This document shows, in pieces, positions 1-8,397 of a stretch of 64,000 nt of DNA. Position 1 is the stretch's first letter. Each line of letters opens with the position of its first letter. The notes under the pieces are model-generated. The model made no database searches and had not been told where the DNA came from. It saw only the letters and a program-made list of their open reading frames with translations. A program made the position numbers and the translations under genes. This DNA is from Candidatus Margulisiibacteriota bacterium (GTDB lineage: Bacteria; Margulisbacteria; WOR-1; JAHJIW01): NCBI GenBank assembly GCA_018823125.1, contig JAHJIW010000005.1, positions 142,542 through 206,541 on the forward strand, read 5' to 3'.

Positions 1-1625
1 ACTTTTGACCAATCAATACAACTTTCTATGTCCATCTCATAGTTTAACTGCTTCCATTTTGTTCCATGTTTAACAATGAAAACCGGCAGAAGAATTTGAG
101 CGGCCTTTTCTTTAAATTCTTTTCTCAACTTATACGTTTTAACACCCTTAGTTATTCCTTCTTCATCTGGCATTTTGTCGGCAACGACTTGCCCAGCCAG
201 ATCGCCCAAACCTTCGTCTTCAAAACCATCTCTAATGCTGGCCAGAATATTGGCAGCCTTTTGCTGGAAGGTAAAAACATAGCTTTCGTCTAAATCCTTC
301 ATTTTAGTCTTACGCGCGAATGGTTGACGAAGTATCCGGCCAACCAGTTGTGTCATAGCATTCTTAGAGCTGGGATTCGTAAGGACAGTTAAGATGTAGG
401 CAAAGGAGCAATCCCAGCCCTCCTGCAATGCCTGCTTTGTAATGATGTACCTGATAGGGCAGTCTTTAGCATAAAGATCGACCCCTTCAATTTCCTTTAA
501 TTCGGCTGAAGTAACAGCTACCTGATCTTCCGGCACACCTGCTGTTTTAATAAGATATTCACGAACGTCCTCAGAATGGATATATTTACTTCCTCGCTGA
601 TCCTTACCCGTTCTTTCTGCCTGAATAAGACAAATAGGCCTGATATAAACCCCTGAATTAGCTTGATATTTCTTTGCAATTTTCTGCAAATGGTTTGTTT
701 TTTCAATGCTTGCCAGCAAGGTATTTTTCCAATCCGGACTGGCTTTATTAATGACATGAAGATCAAGCTTGATCATTTCTTCCTGATTAAGCTCAACCCC
801 TCTAATGTCCACAAGTATATTACTGTTTTTATGTGGAGTAGCAGACAGTTCAACTATTATCGAAGGATTGAATCCGCGCAAAGTGTCCTGAGCGGTTTCA
901 CTGTAGGCCTTATGACCTTCATCGAGGATAATTACTGGAGACAATATCCGCAAGGTGTTACCGAGGGAGGTTTTAATCTGCTTTCCCCAAAACCCCTTAT
1001 CACTGCCATAAACATCAAGGTTGGGAAATCGCTCTAATATCTTTTTGTGCTCAGTGATCTTATCCTCTGAAGGGAAGAATTCCATAAAACCGCCATTATC
1101 TTTAAAAATTCTTAATGTCTCTTTGCTTTTTCTTGAGGCAGAAGGGAGCATAAGCATCAGCACAGCCAGACTTTCTTCAATATCCAGGGGAGTAAAACGA
1201 TCGGTCTTTTCGAGAATAATAGTTCTACCGCCGCTGGCAATATCCAGGTGCTGTCTGTAAGGGTGTTCTCTATTCCGTAAATTTTGAATAGTTTGATGAT
1301 ATATCTGATTTGTTGGTACAACCCATAAAATTAAGCCGGTCCTTTTCTTGCGGTATACAGCATTGATCAGGTCTATTGTTTTAACCGCTAATAAAGTTTT
1401 TCCGCCGCCGGTAGGAATTTTGAGACAGAAATTTGGCAAGAATTGACCTAATCCGTTTTTCCTTGAATGATAAGCTCTGCCCACATTGGCTTTTTCCCAA
1501 GCTTTTAAAGGGAAATCTATGTCCAGTTCAAGATTGTCTTTTGATTTTTTTTGCCATTCAGTGAGGTGCTTAAGGTAATCTTTTATTTGGTCTAATGTTT
1601 TTAGTTGATAATCTTTTAGCTCCAT
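1..1625 (-). CDS. res: Type III restriction enzyme Res subunit (SF2 helicase-nuclease), 3' end truncated by window edge
   Basis: Hand translation of the reverse strand from the ATG at 1625-1623 reads without a stop to position 1: MELKDYQLKTLDQIK...FCLKIPTGGGKTLLAV (Walker A), VIILDEGHKAY (DEGH motif II), LVGRILRQP (motif VI). It starts 3 nt after the mod stop. It is absent from the ORF track because it has no in-window stop. Confidence 0.8.
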   Translation of the reverse strand, partial: MELKDYQLKTLDQIKDYLKHLTEWQKKSKDNLELDIDFPLKAWEKANVGRAYHSRKNGLGQFLPNFCLKIPTGGGKTLLAVKTIDLINAVYRKKRTGLILWVVPTNQIYHQTIQNLRNREHPYRQHLDIASGGRTIILEKTDRFTPLDIEESLAVLMLMLPSASRKSKETLRIFKDNGGFMEFFPSEDKITEHKKILERFPNLDVYGSDKGFWGKQIKTSLGNTLRILSPVIILDEGHKAYSETAQDTLRGFNPSIIVELSATPHKNSNILVDIRGVELNQEEMIKLDLHVINKASPDWKNTLLASIEKTNHLQKIAKKYQANSGVYIRPICLIQAERTGKDQRGSKYIHSEDVREYLIKTAGVPEDQVAVTSAELKEIEGVDLYAKDCPIRYIITKQALQEGWDCSFAYILTVLTNPSSKNAMTQLVGRILRQPFARKTKMKDLDESYVFTFQQKAANILASIRDGFEDEGLGDLAGQVVADKMPDEEGITKGVKTYKLRKEFKEKAAQILLPVFIVKHGTKWKQLNYEMDIESCIDWSK

Positions 1626-1628
1626 AAT

Positions 1629-3308
1629 TTATCTAGCCATTCTATAAATTTCAAAAGGCAGTTGCGCGAATTCGATACGCAACTCATCGAGGAATTCCTG
1701 ATCAAGATATTTTGTAGGAGCAAAAACCAATCGTTTCTTTTTGCGAAAAGGACCCAACGACTTAGCACGATCCAGAGTAAGGGCGGTATTCTTTAAATAA
1801 GCCAGGTCAGGTTTATAGAAAAGGTAAACCTCATATTCGTCGTTTTCCCCGATATAACCACTTTTAATATCCACTTCTTTCTCCTTGAATTCCTCTCCAG
1901 TTGCTGTGTAGAAAACATATCTGGCCAGTTCTTTAAAAGAGGGTAAATTCTTGCCTGAAAGGATATTTTCAATCTCTATCGGTTTGCCTAATTCAAAAAA
2001 ACTAAACGAACCGTCCAATCCTTTCTTAAGCTCTTCATCTTTTGCCTTTGGAACTCCTTTTGTAATCCTTCTAATCCTTTCTGCTGTGATCTTATCGGCA
2101 TAATCTTCACATTCGACAAGTACAAATTTACGGTTTCCACCATCTTCTTTATTTAAATCAAGAACCGCATGGGCGGTTGTTCCGGAACCAGAAAAGGAAT
2201 CTAGCACAATGTCATTATCACCTGATCCCAATTTAATGCATTTCTTAATTAAATCCACTGATTTGGGAAAATCAAAAGGGCTCTCTCCATTGAAAATTTC
2301 TCTCAACACTTCCTTGCCATTTTCATTATTTATTTCCTTTTCTATCCATAAAGCTTTTGCCTTTGTAACTGCTGTTTTGCCATCGTCGGTTAGTAGATAA
2401 TCTTTCCTGTATATCCTCCACGCACCGGTTGACACTTTTCTGCCAAGTAAAATATCAGTATTCTCCTTAACCTTCTTTTGTCCCCATGTCCAACAACCAT
2501 CTACCCCTTCTGAATTTCTAGGCAATACTTCCACCGAATAAGTTTTATCCCTTTTAAGAGATACTTTCTCTGTGCGAGGATTAACATAGATAGGGAAAAA
2601 TAGATTTGGGCGGTTATTCCGATTAAACACGGGGTTGCGGTTTCTTAATTCTAATTTTCTGAATTTGCCCTTTTTATCTTCTTTGTTATATTCTGAAAGT
2701 GCTTCGCCTTCTTTTGTAACTAGATTAATTGAGGTTTCTAATAGAGCATTTTTTGAATATAAAAGTATATATTCATGTGTCTTCGCAATGAATCTATCCA
2801 ATGTTCTTCCCCTTGGATTTAATTGGACAACAAGGCATCCAATAAAATTATGTTCTCCGAATATATCATCCATTAACATTCTTAAATTGTTAATCTCATT
2901 ATCATCAATAGAAATAAAAATAACTCCATTATCTGACAACAGTTCTCGCAATAATTTTAGTCTTGGCATCATCATACAAAGCCATTTGTCATGGCGAGTC
3001 AAATCATCTTTATCAACAACTTTGCCTAACCATTCCTGCATCATGGGAGAATTAACATTATCATTGTATGCCCATTTTTCATTGCCTGTATTATAGGGTG
3101 GATCTATGTAGATACATTTAACCTTGCCAGCGTAAGCAGGCAGTAGCGCTTTTAGCGCCAACAAGTTATCACCATGAATAATAAGATTATCATTAAGCGA
3201 TACTTCTTTGGTCAAACTTTTAGATTTGACGGGAACTAATTCATGGTATTTGACAGAAAGATGAAGATTTTGGACGAATTGCTTACCTTTGAACTTTAGT
3301 TGGGCCAT
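1629..3308 (-). CDS. mod: Type III R-M Mod subunit, beta-class N6A/N4C DNA methyltransferase
   Basis: 559-aa ORF. IYIDPPYNTG (DPPY catalytic motif) precedes VLDSFSGSGTT (FxGxG AdoMet motif), the beta-class order typical of Type III Mod. Immediately upstream of res. Confidence 0.85.
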   Translation of the reverse strand: MAQLKFKGKQFVQNLHLSVKYHELVPVKSKSLTKEVSLNDNLIIHGDNLLALKALLPAYAGKVKCIYIDPPYNTGNEKWAYNDNVNSPMMQEWLGKVVDKDDLTRHDKWLCMMMPRLKLLRELLSDNGVIFISIDDNEINNLRMLMDDIFGEHNFIGCLVVQLNPRGRTLDRFIAKTHEYILLYSKNALLETSINLVTKEGEALSEYNKEDKKGKFRKLELRNRNPVFNRNNRPNLFFPIYVNPRTEKVSLKRDKTYSVEVLPRNSEGVDGCWTWGQKKVKENTDILLGRKVSTGAWRIYRKDYLLTDDGKTAVTKAKALWIEKEINNENGKEVLREIFNGESPFDFPKSVDLIKKCIKLGSGDNDIVLDSFSGSGTTAHAVLDLNKEDGGNRKFVLVECEDYADKITAERIRRITKGVPKAKDEELKKGLDGSFSFFELGKPIEIENILSGKNLPSFKELARYVFYTATGEEFKEKEVDIKSGYIGENDEYEVYLFYKPDLAYLKNTALTLDRAKSLGPFRKKKRLVFAPTKYLDQEFLDELRIEFAQLPFEIYRMAR

Positions 3309-3419
3309 ATCTAGTCTCCTTGTGTTACGAATTATCTAACTCAAATTCTACTCCCTCCCCACAAAAAATCAACAACCCTTTCCTTTATTGACAGGGGAAT
3401 GGGGGAGTGGGGGTTTAGA

Positions 3420-4055
3420 TTAAGGTAATTCTTGATCAGCGTCGAATTTCTTTAGTATCTTTTTTAATTTGATGTCATCTTCAAAGTGAGCTTTATCAAG
3501 ATCCATAAGCAACAATGAACCGTTTTTTGAATTTGTTCTAATGCAAAGATATTTTTGCTTACAATAAAGTCTTTTGTCCACTGGATGACGATAAGTTATA
3601 TAAACTAGAATGCAAGGAATCCTAATCTGTTTAATTTCCTTTTCCAAATCTGAAACGTAGTATCTTGGTTCTTTAAAATATCTATCTTCAATAGAAAATA
3701 CTTTAGAAGAGTTTGGCGGGAGGTCTTTGATGGTTCTCCAGCTTTTCCCTCCAGAAATCCCACCTAGGACTTTTTCCTCTAAGATGCCTACGGTTCTCGC
3801 CAATAAATAAATATTAATGTCATCTGCGGAGGTAGCTCCGTCATTGGAAATAATTAGATCGCATTGAGTTCTATTATTTTTGATTTCAAAAGCTACGAAT
3901 AGGGATGGTTCTTTTGCAAGATCAAGAATTAAAATGGTGAAATATAGTGTAGCGCCCGCTAAAATTAAAACCAAGAACCCACCGATAAACTTAAATGCTT
4001 TTATCATTGACGGCGATATCCAATTAATGATTTTCGAAATATGCATATTTGACAT
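3420..4055 (-). CDS. Hypothetical protein with one N-terminal TM helix, defence-island neighbour
   Basis: 211-aa ORF. The N-terminal stretch IGGFLVLILAGATLYFTILILDL is hydrophobic. I recognise no motifs. Sits between the R-M genes and the HEPN gene on the same strand. Confidence 0.5.
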   Translation of the reverse strand: MSNMHISKIINWISPSMIKAFKFIGGFLVLILAGATLYFTILILDLAKEPSLFVAFEIKNNRTQCDLIISNDGATSADDINIYLLARTVGILEEKVLGGISGGKSWRTIKDLPPNSSKVFSIEDRYFKEPRYYVSDLEKEIKQIRIPCILVYITYRHPVDKRLYCKQKYLCIRTNSKNGSLLLMDLDKAHFEDDIKLKKILKKFDADQELP

Positions 4056-4070
4056 CTGCTGACTGAGAAA

Positions 4071-5063
4071 TTATTGTTTTATTAGATATTTAACAAGTTT
4101 TACCCCACCGTCAATTCCCTTTTCTAATACAGATCTATCAATATCTTTTTCCTTTATTTCTCCATGAATAATCCTGTTGCGTATTTTGCGCAAAGCATTG
4201 ACGGCCGCTAAACTTTCTTTCATTTTTTTAAACTTGCTACCACTCAAACTTAATGGCAAAACTATATTTAAGACATTATTAAAAGATAGTTCATCTTTAA
4301 GATCTTTCATTTTGTTATTGCTTTGCCATTTGTTTCTTAATATCCTATAAGAATGTTCCACCAACATTGCTTCTAGCATAATTGAACATTCTAATACCGC
4401 AAATTTTTTCTTATTATATAAAAATTCAGATTGTATGCGAAGAATCTGGAGGATTTCTTCTTGAGGGAAATCATTTACACTAATTGCGTAATTCATCTTT
4501 ATCCACTTATCTTTTGTAATCAATTCCTTTTTTTTAAAAAGAGGATTTCTTTTCCTGTTCCCTTTAGGGATTTTCGGTTTAAAATTCTGAAAAGTTTTCC
4601 CCTGATAACACCATCTAACTGGAGCTCGATATCCTGGCTCATCAAAGAAAAGATCAAATGATTTTTTAAGGGGAGGACCCATAAAATGCTTCATGCCGCC
4701 GATGGTGCGACAAGTCATTTCGAATTGATACATGACTTGTTCATAAATACTATATATCTTTTTTGCGGTTTGAAAAGAAAGTTTACCTGAGGTTTTTAGC
4801 CCCCTAATAAAATCAGCCGGCGGATTATCATATTCAATTTCTATGGTTGAATTGTGCATAATTTCCAGATTTTTTCTTTTTGCAGGAGTTGAAAGGTGTT
4901 TATGATCATCAATCGGGTCTTGCAACAAAAACTTAACTTTGCATTTATCAATATAAAAAGTCAAAGGAGTTTTGTAATCTTTAGCTACCCATTTCCAAGT
5001 TCCAAAAAGTGGTATATCAGCGAGACTTAAATCAATCTTAATTAGCACTTTATTTTTTGACAT
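4071..5063 (-). CDS. HEPN-domain protein (Abi-like) with N-terminal domain of unknown function
   Basis: 330-aa ORF. The C-terminal ~110 aa contains ...SLAAVNALRKIRNRIIHGE, i.e. R-N-x3-H, the Rx4-6H HEPN RNase motif. Confidence 0.55.
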   Translation of the reverse strand: MSKNKVLIKIDLSLADIPLFGTWKWVAKDYKTPLTFYIDKCKVKFLLQDPIDDHKHLSTPAKRKNLEIMHNSTIEIEYDNPPADFIRGLKTSGKLSFQTAKKIYSIYEQVMYQFEMTCRTIGGMKHFMGPPLKKSFDLFFDEPGYRAPVRWCYQGKTFQNFKPKIPKGNRKRNPLFKKKELITKDKWIKMNYAISVNDFPQEEILQILRIQSEFLYNKKKFAVLECSIMLEAMLVEHSYRILRNKWQSNNKMKDLKDELSFNNVLNIVLPLSLSGSKFKKMKESLAAVNALRKIRNRIIHGEIKEKDIDRSVLEKGIDGGVKLVKYLIKQ

Positions 5064-5116
5064 AATTTTTATATAGCCTAATTCGTGTTAGCGATAAATA
5101 GAATCCAAAGTTCTCC

Positions 5117-5314
5117 CTACTTCCTAAACCAAAAACTATATAACGGTATAATCGCACATAAAACTGCTAATACGATTAAAATAGGGTAGTCGATTTTTAA
5201 TAGTACCGGCAAAAGTTTTACGATAACGATGGTGGCGAAGAAAACTGTGGCTTTAGTTAATCCGATATCCCAAATATTCAGCTTTTTTACTCTTTCGTTA
5301 AAATAGTTAAACAT
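5117..5314 (-). CDS. Small membrane protein (2 predicted TM helices)
   Basis: 65-aa ORF. Two hydrophobic stretches (ATVFFATIVIVKLLPVLL; ILIVLAVLCAIIPLYSFWF). It is the last gene of the minus-strand operon. Confidence 0.35.
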   Translation of the reverse strand: MFNYFNERVKKLNIWDIGLTKATVFFATIVIVKLLPVLLKIDYPILIVLAVLCAIIPLYSFWFRK

Positions 5315-5326
5315 GGTTCACCTCTT

Positions 5327-6970
5327 TTATTTTTTTCTGGATCTTATCCAACGCCAGATGAATACTATCAAAACCAGCAGCAGAACAAAAGGTGAAATTA
5401 GTACCAGAACACTCTTGATCATCATCCAGAAACTGATTGGCTTGGTGGTCATCAAGAGGCGATTGACGGGTGTATCCTTGATGCCCAGCGTGGCAAAATT
5501 TTGGGTAAAGTACCAATCGTGGCCAACATAATTTACTCCTTCGGCAAAACCATAACCGGTGAGTTTTTTGTTTCCCCGTTTGCCTACGACGCGGGTAGCG
5601 CCTTCACGGTACTCGGCTGAGCTGGCAAAATACAATAATTGGTTATGTACAATGGGTTTCATGGTAAAGGTTATGTCTAAAGACGGGAAACTAAATGTCC
5701 AGCCATTGGGGGTCCAGCAATGGGACCTTTTACTAAGAATCCAGTCGGTGATGGTCAGCGTTCCTTTTAACTCCGAAGGCACGCCATTCTTATCAACATA
5801 TTTTCCTTCGCAAGCTTTGGTCATATTAGGCGGAGGGTTGGGTCCTTTGTTATCAATGTCTTCTCCGCCTTCGTGTGGTGCCGCAACTGTGATCTCGGTA
5901 TCATCATCCAGCTGGATGCAGTACCAGTCCCAACCATATTCCTCAGATTTTCCCGTAAAATAATTGATGGTGTTGGAAAGGGCCCGGATATATAAGTTGG
6001 GTACATAACCGATCGGCATCAAGCCCGCCACCCATTGATTATCCATCCACATCTTACCTTTGACCTTAATGGCCTTACCTTTATAAGTGATCACTCCATC
6101 CGCCATGATGTGCGGGATCGAATAATACCAGCAGCCTAAACCATAAATATCCGGCGTCTTGCCTTGATCGCCCTGATAAAGGATCGGTTTAGCGCTGTGC
6201 ATGGTCATTTCAACCTTCATCGGAATATTCGGATCATTCCATTGCAGCTTCATTGGAAAGAGGGCGCCTTTTTGTAAACTCCAGGCTTTATTTTTCCCTA
6301 CCGCAACCAGGAAGGGATCGGCTTGGTATTTAATTAAACCGGTCGAGCCGGCAATGACCGCGCTGCGGCCCTGGACCTGCAGGTTTTTATCGCCAAAACT
6401 GACGGCGTACTGGAGTTCGGAAATCTGGTTATCCATCAGGCTTAAGTCCATCGCTTTAGCAAAAGGTGGTGCTATCATCGCCCGTCGAAAAACAACACAT
6501 TCGATACCGTAATCATTGCCGGCCGCATCTTTTAAATTGCCCACAAAAAAGACCCAGCCAAACTGGTAGGCCAGGTCCGCGCCCAGGTCCTGAGGAAAGA
6601 TTAATTTTTTCTTATCGTCAATCGTTTTAAAACCATAAAAATAATCTGGTCCGGTAAAGTTGACCATCCGGATCATCTGGATAGGGGTCAGCCCCTTAGC
6701 GCTGATCTTTTTAAAAAGCGCGTATCTTTCGGGATAGCGGGGGACTAACGGCAGCCAGTGTTTTTCCAGCATATTGAACATCTTAGCCATGCGCTGGCCA
6801 GCGTCGGTAATATTATTTTTAAGTTTTGCCTTAATGCTAGCCGGAAGTGGGGCCGAAGATGGCAGCCACAGCACGTTTCGAATATCATTTTCAATTTTGG
6901 CCTCATCCGCCGCCGCAACTCCGGATGCCAGCATAACCAGCAAAATCAAACACACGATTAATTTTTTCAT
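5327..6970 (-). CDS. Secreted protein with signal peptide and C-terminal TM anchor, function unknown
   Basis: 547-aa ORF. N-terminus MKKLIVCLILLVMLASGVAAADEA (signal peptide). C-terminus VLVLISPFVLLLVLIVFIWRWIRSRKK (TM helix plus basic tail). Confidence 0.6.
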   Translation of the reverse strand: MKKLIVCLILLVMLASGVAAADEAKIENDIRNVLWLPSSAPLPASIKAKLKNNITDAGQRMAKMFNMLEKHWLPLVPRYPERYALFKKISAKGLTPIQMIRMVNFTGPDYFYGFKTIDDKKKLIFPQDLGADLAYQFGWVFFVGNLKDAAGNDYGIECVVFRRAMIAPPFAKAMDLSLMDNQISELQYAVSFGDKNLQVQGRSAVIAGSTGLIKYQADPFLVAVGKNKAWSLQKGALFPMKLQWNDPNIPMKVEMTMHSAKPILYQGDQGKTPDIYGLGCWYYSIPHIMADGVITYKGKAIKVKGKMWMDNQWVAGLMPIGYVPNLYIRALSNTINYFTGKSEEYGWDWYCIQLDDDTEITVAAPHEGGEDIDNKGPNPPPNMTKACEGKYVDKNGVPSELKGTLTITDWILSKRSHCWTPNGWTFSFPSLDITFTMKPIVHNQLLYFASSAEYREGATRVVGKRGNKKLTGYGFAEGVNYVGHDWYFTQNFATLGIKDTPVNRLLMTTKPISFWMMIKSVLVLISPFVLLLVLIVFIWRWIRSRKK

Positions 6971-6994
6971 TTTACGCCTCCGATTTAATTATGG

Positions 6995-8221
6995 TTACCG
7001 GGCTTCCAGCCAGTTATAAATAACTTCGTAAACCCGATCCCGGGCGTATTCGCCGACCAGGATATCGAGATGGCCGAAGCCTTCTAATAGCACGTATTGG
7101 CGGTCGGTGCTGGTAATCATCTCATAACCTTCGTGTTTCCAGCGGTATTGGTATCCTAAAGCGTCAGTCCACTGAGTTGAAGCAAAAACCAGGATCGGAA
7201 TATTGACCGAGGCGATATTATTAATAAACTGCAATGTGGTATCGGGTGGATTTCCTACCCAGTTGCCAAGATAAGCATCTTCCAGATAATCAACCAGCGG
7301 CCAGTGATCGACGCCGGCTTCAATTACAAAATCAAGCAGGACGGCGACCGAGGCATAGCCATTTAAAACATTGGTTAACTGTCCATCTCCCCAAACCGTA
7401 TAGAATTGATCAGCAAGATAATCGGATACGGTGGCAAAGCCGGGTACCGGGCTGGGTGCATTTGGTCCTTCGGCATAGTACGTATAAACTGCTTCGCCAA
7501 ATGGAGTCGCAAAATTAGTGATCTCAACATCATAATAAAGTTCGCCAGGATCAAGCCCCCAGCTTGCAAAGAGAGCGCGGTTGGCGGGAGTATCTCCGGC
7601 GGCCAGTGCGGCATAACCAACATCGATATCCATTTGATTTTCAGCTTCCGGAGAGCCGTTCGCCTCCCAGGGCGATCCGTCCATGGGGATCATGCCGGCT
7701 AGGTCTTCTTGCCATCGGGCGCAGGCATAAAGATAAACGTAGCGGGCGCCGGTGCTGTGGCCAATTAGATAAACCTTATCAACCGCGGTGATTTCTTTAA
7801 TAAATGAGATCGCACTCTGAATATCGCTTAAAGTAACGCTGGTTGTAAAACCGGCCATCTCAGAGATATCGGTTGCTCCCTCGGTTATAAAACTGCTGCG
7901 GTAATCGACACTAAAAACCGTATAGCCGCGGTTGGCTAGGTAGATGCGGAAATCATAATTTTCAGAGGTGGTATAGAGCCGGGCACTGGTTCCGGACGGT
8001 GGTAGATAGACAACTACACTCTTACTGCTTGTAACATTTTTTAAACTGAGTCGTCGCAGACCGACGACGTTATTACGCATCCAAAAAGTTTCTTGTAAAG
8101 TAGTACCGACATCCGTGGTTGAAATTAAATTCCATTGATCAGCGGCATTATCAAAAAATCCGCAGCCTGCCCATAGGAACAGCATAAATCCACAGATTAA
8201 AATGAAGCCGAGTCTTTTCAT
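6995..8221 (-). CDS. Lipoprotein alpha/beta-hydrolase (esterase/lipase-like)
   Basis: 408-aa ORF. Lipobox LWAGC after an N-terminal hydrophobic region. Nucleophile elbow VYLIGHSTGARY (GxSxG). Its start ATG overlaps the stop of the upstream zinc-ribbon gene (ATGA). Confidence 0.7.
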   Translation of the reverse strand: MKRLGFILICGFMLFLWAGCGFFDNAADQWNLISTTDVGTTLQETFWMRNNVVGLRRLSLKNVTSSKSVVVYLPPSGTSARLYTTSENYDFRIYLANRGYTVFSVDYRSSFITEGATDISEMAGFTTSVTLSDIQSAISFIKEITAVDKVYLIGHSTGARYVYLYACARWQEDLAGMIPMDGSPWEANGSPEAENQMDIDVGYAALAAGDTPANRALFASWGLDPGELYYDVEITNFATPFGEAVYTYYAEGPNAPSPVPGFATVSDYLADQFYTVWGDGQLTNVLNGYASVAVLLDFVIEAGVDHWPLVDYLEDAYLGNWVGNPPDTTLQFINNIASVNIPILVFASTQWTDALGYQYRWKHEGYEMITSTDRQYVLLEGFGHLDILVGEYARDRVYEVIYNWLEAR

Positions 8222-8397
8222 TTTTTCTTTCTGCTGCCTTTACCCTGTACACTTTTTTGGTACTTACGGTCCTCGTTCTTCATGGTCTTAAAGTTTCTGC
8301 GGTTGACCTCCGCTACACAGTGTGAGCAAAAAACGCTTCCTTTGGAAACTACTCTGCCGCACTCGCATTTTGGCGCGCCCCTTTTTATTTTTTTCAT
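8218..8397 (-). CDS. Small zinc-ribbon protein (59 aa), not in ORF track
   Basis: Hand translation gives MKKIKRGAPKCECGRVVSKGSVFCSHCVAEVNRRNFKTMKNEDRKYQKSVQGKGSRKKK with CxC...CxxC. AAGGAG sits 8 nt upstream. The gene abuts the ygiQ stop and overlaps the hydrolase start. Confidence 0.45.
   Translation of the reverse strand: MKKIKRGAPKCECGRVVSKGSVFCSHCVAEVNRRNFKTMKNEDRKYQKSVQGKGSRKKK

Noticed and set aside
66-1260. Four short plus- and minus-strand ORFs in the track (66..293, 518..766, 663..1037, 1021..1260)
   Set aside because: The whole interval is covered by one uninterrupted minus-strand reading frame with helicase motifs, the Type III res gene, which lacks an in-window stop. The short ORFs are alternative-frame artefacts.
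3309-3419. C-rich and G-rich inverted motif (ctccctcccc ... gggggagtggggg) between the TM-protein gene and mod, considered as a structured element
   Set aside because: The pairing is imperfect. The region is adequately explained as a terminator plus promoter (TAGATAAT -10, AAGGAG SD) for mod.
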